The notes under the pieces: generated by a model
The model's input: the letters and a program-made list of their open reading frames with translations, nothing else
Database searches by the model: none
Told to the model about the DNA's origin: nothing
Shown here: in pieces, positions 58,959 to 64,000 of the stretch
Numbering within the stretch: the stretch's first letter is position 1
Layout of the letters: each line of letters starts with the position of its first letter
Made by a program: the position numbers and the translations under genes
Virus record (IMG/VR): IMGVR_UViG_3300027754_000043
Direction: 5' to 3' (one strand)
From: a virus
Taxonomy: Duplodnaviria; Heunggongvirae; Uroviricota; Caudoviricetes
Length of the DNA stretch: 64,000 bases

Positions 58959-61246
58959 AATATATTAGGCCTCATTATGCATCTAACAGATGTTAACCAT
59001 TTTCCATCTGAACTAACTTTGTGTGTTATACTGATAATACTAAATACAACATTTTCTCTGTATTTTAATGGTAATACTTCAAATGTTAACACATCACCAT
59101 ATCTAAGTCCATTTATCCCATCTATAGTAAACTCAGCAGAGAATGGAAATATTGGTGCTGTTAATTGCTGTGATTTTAAAATTGAATCTGTCGGATGTTT
59201 TAAATATGTAGTTAATGATCTAAATAATGCTGATACTAATTCAGGTACTCCTGGTGATAGTCCAAATTTCGTACGAGACTCCATTATATCAGCGATAGCT
59301 TTTTTATGGCGGCTTGAATATTCATCAATTAACTTATTTTTTGCAGCCGCAGTTTTAGAATTATACATGTAATTAATATACGGTGCAATATCTTCCTGAC
59401 TAATATCATCTGATTGATTTAATATATATGATAATGTTTTTACGTTATCTGGAATTGTTGCTGACAGTTTAAAATCATGCACAATTGTTCCAAATTCATG
59501 TGCAGCATACATTGGTATTGAATATGGTTTAACTGGATCTGTTTTAATGCCGGATGTTGATTTTAAAAATTTAGTATCAGTAAACAATAACCATGTTTCT
59601 TCTAACGGATGTGTTGCAAGTTGCATTGAAATTGCATTTCCAGTTGCATATGAAATTTCAGAACTTATTGATGATATAAATTCATTTAAAGCAAATCCAC
59701 GTGTACCCCCATTAGTTATACCGCCGGTTCGTTTTCCATCTTTACCTTCTATCCCTAATAGTATATCTTGTATTGTTTCTAAATTAATTAATATTCTAGC
59801 AGGATATATAATACCTGTATTTGTAGTATTATCATATTCATGTATACCAGACCATGTTTCTGGTTTTATATCTTTAAAATATATAGCAGCTTCATTTGGG
59901 TCTTGCCCATACCAATTCATATCACTTGGGTTATTAGGATTTTTAGGTAATAGTAAAACACTATCCGGATTACACGAAACTAAATTTGTATAATAATTGC
60001 TTTTACACTGAATATCATTACATGCAATAAGTGCTCTAGATCCGCTACCTTGCATTGATTTTAATGGATAATCGTTGATAAATTGAATTAACCCACCTAA
60101 AGTTATATATCTGCTAAATTTAGTAGTATTATAACGTTTTGTATTTGAATAAAATTGACGATTAGTTGGGCTATATGGTTCACCATATACTATATATTGA
60201 TCAGTCGATGTTTTTTCACCTGGTTTAGTTACATATGGTATACACCCAGTACCAACTGGTGTGGAATCTCCAGCAGTTGCTTTAATTATAGTATCAACAG
60301 TATTATATAATTTTTGATAAAAACTAGAAACACCAGTTACTGATTGTGGATTATTTTTATCAGCAGGCGGTGTTGTTATAACAGGATCATATGTAGGATT
60401 TCTTACTACATTTACTGTTTTAGTTGCTGGTACTTCTTTCTTTGATTCTTCATCAGTTGGCATAAACACTTTAATATCAGTATACGTATTACTAGTACCT
60501 GTTATTGATAATGTTATATCCACATACCCAGATGGCTGATATGAAAATTCAAAATTAGTAATTAATCCTTCAAACAAATATTCATTCATATAAGATAATT
60601 GCTTAAGACGCTCTTCATCTATAGTCCAATTTGGATATCGTTCTTGCAATTGTTTAATTGGTGGTAGTGATCCAGATGTTAATATTCCGGCAGTAATGTC
60701 TTGAGAAACGATCGCTGATTTTGGATGTACTATTACAATTGCCATATATCTACCCGGACGTAACCAAATGTCTTCAATTGTATCTAAATCTCGCATTGGA
60801 TTTGGTACTGTTATATTAACCGTTGCTTTGTTTAATATACCCATCGAATGATCACCTACGGTAACATCTACCGCTGTAATATATGGTCCAATTAATCTAG
60901 ATTGATCTTTATTATCATTCTTAATAACATCTTTGAATCGATTAGTTGTACTATCCCACTCTGACGTTGTTGTTGAATATGTTCTAGCATCATTTAAAAA
61001 TCCATCTTCACCAGTTGGTAAATATCGACCTCCCCTAACCTCAGAACCACCTAATTTATCAACTTCTTTAGTTGTTATATTATTACCTTCATATGCAACT
61101 ATTTCAACATTAGCAATTTTTTCAAGCATAAACTGCAAATCATTGGTACTAGGATTCCTAGTTATACCAGAACGACCACGAGCGTTTAATTCTTTTTGTA
61201 AATTAGGATCTACAGCTGTATAAAATATATTAGTACTATCACTCAT
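58955..61246 (-). CDS. large hypothetical protein, probable virion structural component
   Basis: 763 aa, beta-rich and Thr/Asn-rich composition, in a co-transcribed block with other large unannotatable ORFs at the genome end. Confidence 0.35.
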   Translation of the reverse strand: MSDSTNIFYTAVDPNLQKELNARGRSGITRNPSTNDLQFMLEKIANVEIVAYEGNNITTKEVDKLGGSEVRGGRYLPTGEDGFLNDARTYSTTTSEWDSTTNRFKDVIKNDNKDQSRLIGPYITAVDVTVGDHSMGILNKATVNITVPNPMRDLDTIEDIWLRPGRYMAIVIVHPKSAIVSQDITAGILTSGSLPPIKQLQERYPNWTIDEERLKQLSYMNEYLFEGLITNFEFSYQPSGYVDITLSITGTSNTYTDIKVFMPTDEESKKEVPATKTVNVVRNPTYDPVITTPPADKNNPQSVTGVSSFYQKLYNTVDTIIKATAGDSTPVGTGCIPYVTKPGEKTSTDQYIVYGEPYSPTNRQFYSNTKRYNTTKFSRYITLGGLIQFINDYPLKSMQGSGSRALIACNDIQCKSNYYTNLVSCNPDSVLLLPKNPNNPSDMNWYGQDPNEAAIYFKDIKPETWSGIHEYDNTTNTGIIYPARILINLETIQDILLGIEGKDGKRTGGITNGGTRGFALNEFISSISSEISYATGNAISMQLATHPLEETWLLFTDTKFLKSTSGIKTDPVKPYSIPMYAAHEFGTIVHDFKLSATIPDNVKTLSYILNQSDDISQEDIAPYINYMYNSKTAAAKNKLIDEYSSRHKKAIADIMESRTKFGLSPGVPELVSALFRSLTTYLKHPTDSILKSQQLTAPIFPFSAEFTIDGINGLRYGDVLTFEVLPLKYRENVVFSIISITHKVSSDGKWLTSVRCIMRPNIL

Positions 61247-61542
61247 CTTGAATTATTTAATATGTTAATCAATTGTTGTATATTTTTATCCGATGGTATA
61301 CGTAATTTAGAATTTTTAGGTACTACAATTGTTCCTTTTCCTAATCCATTTGCTACAGCAATAATCCACCACAACGTAGAATCTTTATAAAATGTATTAG
61401 CTAATTTATCTAAACGTTCGGTCGATGTTGTTTGTATGTATACATCAGTCGATGATACCGGAACTATAGGTAGTATTGAAGATCCTAATCGACGTTTGCC
61501 GGTTGAATCTTGTAGTATTGAATTTGTTGTATATCTGCTCAT
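61243..61542 (-). CDS. hypothetical protein
   Basis: 99-aa ORF with ATGA coupling. Confidence 0.35.
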   Translation of the reverse strand: MSRYTTNSILQDSTGKRRLGSSILPIVPVSSTDVYIQTTSTERLDKLANTFYKDSTLWWIIAVANGLGKGTIVVPKNSKLRIPSDKNIQQLINILNNSR

Positions 61543-61561
61543 ATATTTTTTCCGTTACTCG

Positions 61562-63046
61562 TTAAGTAAATAAACTGAATTCTGTAGGTGTCGAGTCATC
61601 GTTTTCCAATGGACCGATAAAACCTTGATCTCCCGGATTAAGTGGTTTATTTTTATTTCTATTTTTTAATGTTTCTGGTTGGATAAGTCGATTTACATCT
61701 TCATTTGCTTCACTTAACCAGTTATTTTCACCTCGTTTTGCACGACCATTTGCATCCCAATCTTTTGCTAATGTATAGAATCTTCCTCCTTTTTGTGGCA
61801 AGTAATCTGTTATTAAAGTAAATCCACAGTTAACTGTAATTTTACGAGGTACTTGCATCATGGTTGGATCATGTTCTATATTAATTTCCCATGTTGTATC
61901 TGAGTCTTGCAATGTATAAGATAATGAAGTTAATATAGCTGGTTGTTGTCGAAATAAATCACCGATTGTAATACGCATCCATGGTGCTTTCAATCCGATT
62001 GTAGTTCCATCATATTCCGGGGCAGTATATCCTGCCATTGCATTTAGTTTACGCCAAATTGGTTTAAGTTCATCTCTATCTGTTGCATACACAGTAAAAT
62101 CTAATTGTAAATCTCGACTATATCCAGTATATTGGTAATTTGGATCTGCTCTACCAATTAAAGAAACATTGGTCCAATTGGGAGTAAATGAATCTGATAA
62201 CCCATTTATTAATGCTCTGAAAACTATAATATCATCTGTTTCGTCATCCGTTCTACCATTAAATAATTTTGGTCCAGTAAAATAAAATTTTATAAAATCT
62301 TGTGTTAAACCAACTCCTAAATCACCACTTCCTAACTTACTACCCAATATTGAATTTACTACCGGATTCCATGCATATGCATTTTTTTCTGATCGCTGCC
62401 CAAAGTCTATAACAGTGACACGATCTCCACGAAATGGTGTTGCTAAATCGAGTGGATTTAGACTTGGTTTCCAACTACCTGGTTTACCATTAATTGGAGT
62501 TGAATCCCATCTTGTTGCAACATGACTCCTCAATGTAAAATCATTAGTTATAGCAGATGGATTACTTTCATCGCCAATACCAGCTCCAAAATATTTATTA
62601 CCACCAATATTAAATACAGTATATGCTCCACCTGGTGCTGCGGCCGCAGCTGCATAAATTGCACCAATCCAACCACGGCGTGTTGCTGCGGATGCGCCAT
62701 CAAATCTTCTTGCTCGGATATTGTCATATGGAATTCTAGAACGAAAATCTTGATAACGCAAACCTGGAATTGTATTTAATTGATCAAATGGTACCGTAGC
62801 ATATATTGTTTCAAATGCACCCGTTTCAGTTTTATTTGAATTAATTTCAAATATTTGCGGATAACCGGTTAATGTTGCTGCACTATTCAATGCTAAATTT
62901 TCAGAAAATAATCCAATATTTCCGCCAAAATTACTAGTAATATTAGTTGATTTACCATCTCTTGGTAATGATATTGGTGTTGAAAAATCAAAAATAGCAC
63001 TTACACCCATTGCAAGTGAACCTGTTTTAAATTGTATATCACTCAT
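61562..63046 (-). CDS. hypothetical protein, probable virion structural component
   Basis: 494 aa, Gly/Asn/Thr-rich; no enzymatic motif. Confidence 0.35.
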   Translation of the reverse strand: MSDIQFKTGSLAMGVSAIFDFSTPISLPRDGKSTNITSNFGGNIGLFSENLALNSAATLTGYPQIFEINSNKTETGAFETIYATVPFDQLNTIPGLRYQDFRSRIPYDNIRARRFDGASAATRRGWIGAIYAAAAAAPGGAYTVFNIGGNKYFGAGIGDESNPSAITNDFTLRSHVATRWDSTPINGKPGSWKPSLNPLDLATPFRGDRVTVIDFGQRSEKNAYAWNPVVNSILGSKLGSGDLGVGLTQDFIKFYFTGPKLFNGRTDDETDDIIVFRALINGLSDSFTPNWTNVSLIGRADPNYQYTGYSRDLQLDFTVYATDRDELKPIWRKLNAMAGYTAPEYDGTTIGLKAPWMRITIGDLFRQQPAILTSLSYTLQDSDTTWEINIEHDPTMMQVPRKITVNCGFTLITDYLPQKGGRFYTLAKDWDANGRAKRGENNWLSEANEDVNRLIQPETLKNRNKNKPLNPGDQGFIGPLENDDSTPTEFSLFT

Positions 63047-63049
63047 ATG

Positions 63050-63946
63050 TTATGCCCATGTTCCTCTATTAATACCAGGTGCAAATAAATTGTCTCGTTT
63101 AAGAGCTGAGGTTTGTGAATCTATTGCATCTTTCATCATGTTACCAACTGCGGTAAATGCTTGAACTAATTGTGATATTTGCGCACTTGTCATTGCTGAA
63201 TTAGAACTATTAATAGATCTTGCTAATTGTCTATTACCATCAACATTTGTTCCAGCAATCATAGTGCTATCATTAACTCGCATAAATTTATCACGTGGAT
63301 TGAATTTTACTACACCATCATTAATCATTAATGCATCTTCGTGTTGACTATTAACACCTTGTATTTGTGCCTCTTCCATACCCGTTGGTGAACCACCTGT
63401 GTTCTCTGACATTTGTTTTGCGAGATCAGCTGCACTCATTTCCGTCATACGTTTTGTTAACAAAGCACCTCCTAAATCTTCCATTTCAGATTTTACATAT
63501 TCTATTAACTTAATATTTGCTGCAGATGTTTTAACATTGCTAGAGGCTTGAGCAATTGTATTTATTTGATCATATATCAACATTTGTGTTAATGCAGATT
63601 CTTGATTAACCTGTAATATCTCACCTAATGTTTCGTCAGTAGTTCTAGTATCTTCTAGTGACATCAATTCTTTAAAGCCCTCATCAGTCATTTTACCAGT
63701 ATCAACTAGAGCTTTTGCTTGTCTAATTAAATCATCGCCTTTTACATTAAATAATATTTCAGCTCCAGATTTTTCTAGTATTTTTTTCTTTTGAATTGCT
63801 CGAGATAATTGCATTTCATCAATACCTAATAATTTAGACATTTGTTGACGTGCTAACAAGTTAGTTTCTAATTGACCTCCTTCTTGAGTTAATATTGTAT
63901 TTAAAATATCTGCTTGTTTATTACCATCTCGTTGTAATGTTGCCAT
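63050..63946 (-). CDS. hypothetical protein (the frame stays open to the window edge, so the true start may lie beyond 64000)
   Basis: 298 aa from the first Met. The minus-strand frame upstream of that Met has no stop through position 64000. Confidence 0.4.
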   Translation of the reverse strand: MATLQRDGNKQADILNTILTQEGGQLETNLLARQQMSKLLGIDEMQLSRAIQKKKILEKSGAEILFNVKGDDLIRQAKALVDTGKMTDEGFKELMSLEDTRTTDETLGEILQVNQESALTQMLIYDQINTIAQASSNVKTSAANIKLIEYVKSEMEDLGGALLTKRMTEMSAADLAKQMSENTGGSPTGMEEAQIQGVNSQHEDALMINDGVVKFNPRDKFMRVNDSTMIAGTNVDGNRQLARSINSSNSAMTSAQISQLVQAFTAVGNMMKDAIDSQTSALKRDNLFAPGINRGTWA

Positions 63947-64000
63947 TCGATATGCATTAGTTAAACTTTTGCCTTGAAGATCTAATTGTGCTTTTTCATC

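Overview
The window is AT-rich (roughly 30-35% G+C by eye) and gene-dense, and every credible gene lies on the minus strand. Many adjacent genes have 4-nt ATGA start/stop overlaps. The content points to a large lytic bacteriophage. It encodes a family B DNA polymerase, a DnaB-like helicase, a RecA/UvsX-like recombinase, a gp32-like ssDNA-binding protein, a 5'-3' exonuclease, an RFC-like clamp loader, dUTPase, class I RNR alpha and beta, a thymidylate-synthase-family fragment at the left edge, GroEL with a distant GroES, lysins with holin-like membrane proteins, and probable virion genes at the right end. The host is probably a Bacteroidetes/Flavobacteriia member: the sequence is AT-rich and one secreted protein ends in a T9SS (Por) C-terminal sorting domain. 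The most notable content is in five places. (1) A 7-deazaguanine DNA-modification gene set (FolE, QueD, QueE-like radical SAM, thioredoxin, a TGT-family DpdA-like transglycosylase) with no QueC in the window. Next to DpdA sit an unusual TagD-like cytidylyltransferase, a GT-B transferase and a second T-fold protein, and next to the FolE/QueD/QueE genes an HPRT-like phosphoribosyltransferase; this may be an undescribed hypermodification or salvage branch. (2) A ~12 kb glycan-biosynthesis island at 17.8-29.8 kb with about ten glycosyltransferases, UDP-GlcNAc 2-epimerase, an NAD-dependent epimerase and methyltransferases, but no flippase, polymerase or priming transferase, which suggests a cytoplasmic target. 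(3) Three paralogous small proteins sharing a ~20-aa N-terminal leader, with duplicated terminator and promoter-like DNA around them. (4) A second, divergent family A polymerase-like gene in addition to PolB. (5) Less common phage cargo: a CobS/CobT-like AAA+/vWA pair, a ClpS-like adaptor, an SPFH protein and a Cas4-like nuclease. All functional calls rest on motif recognition by eye. No database search was run.
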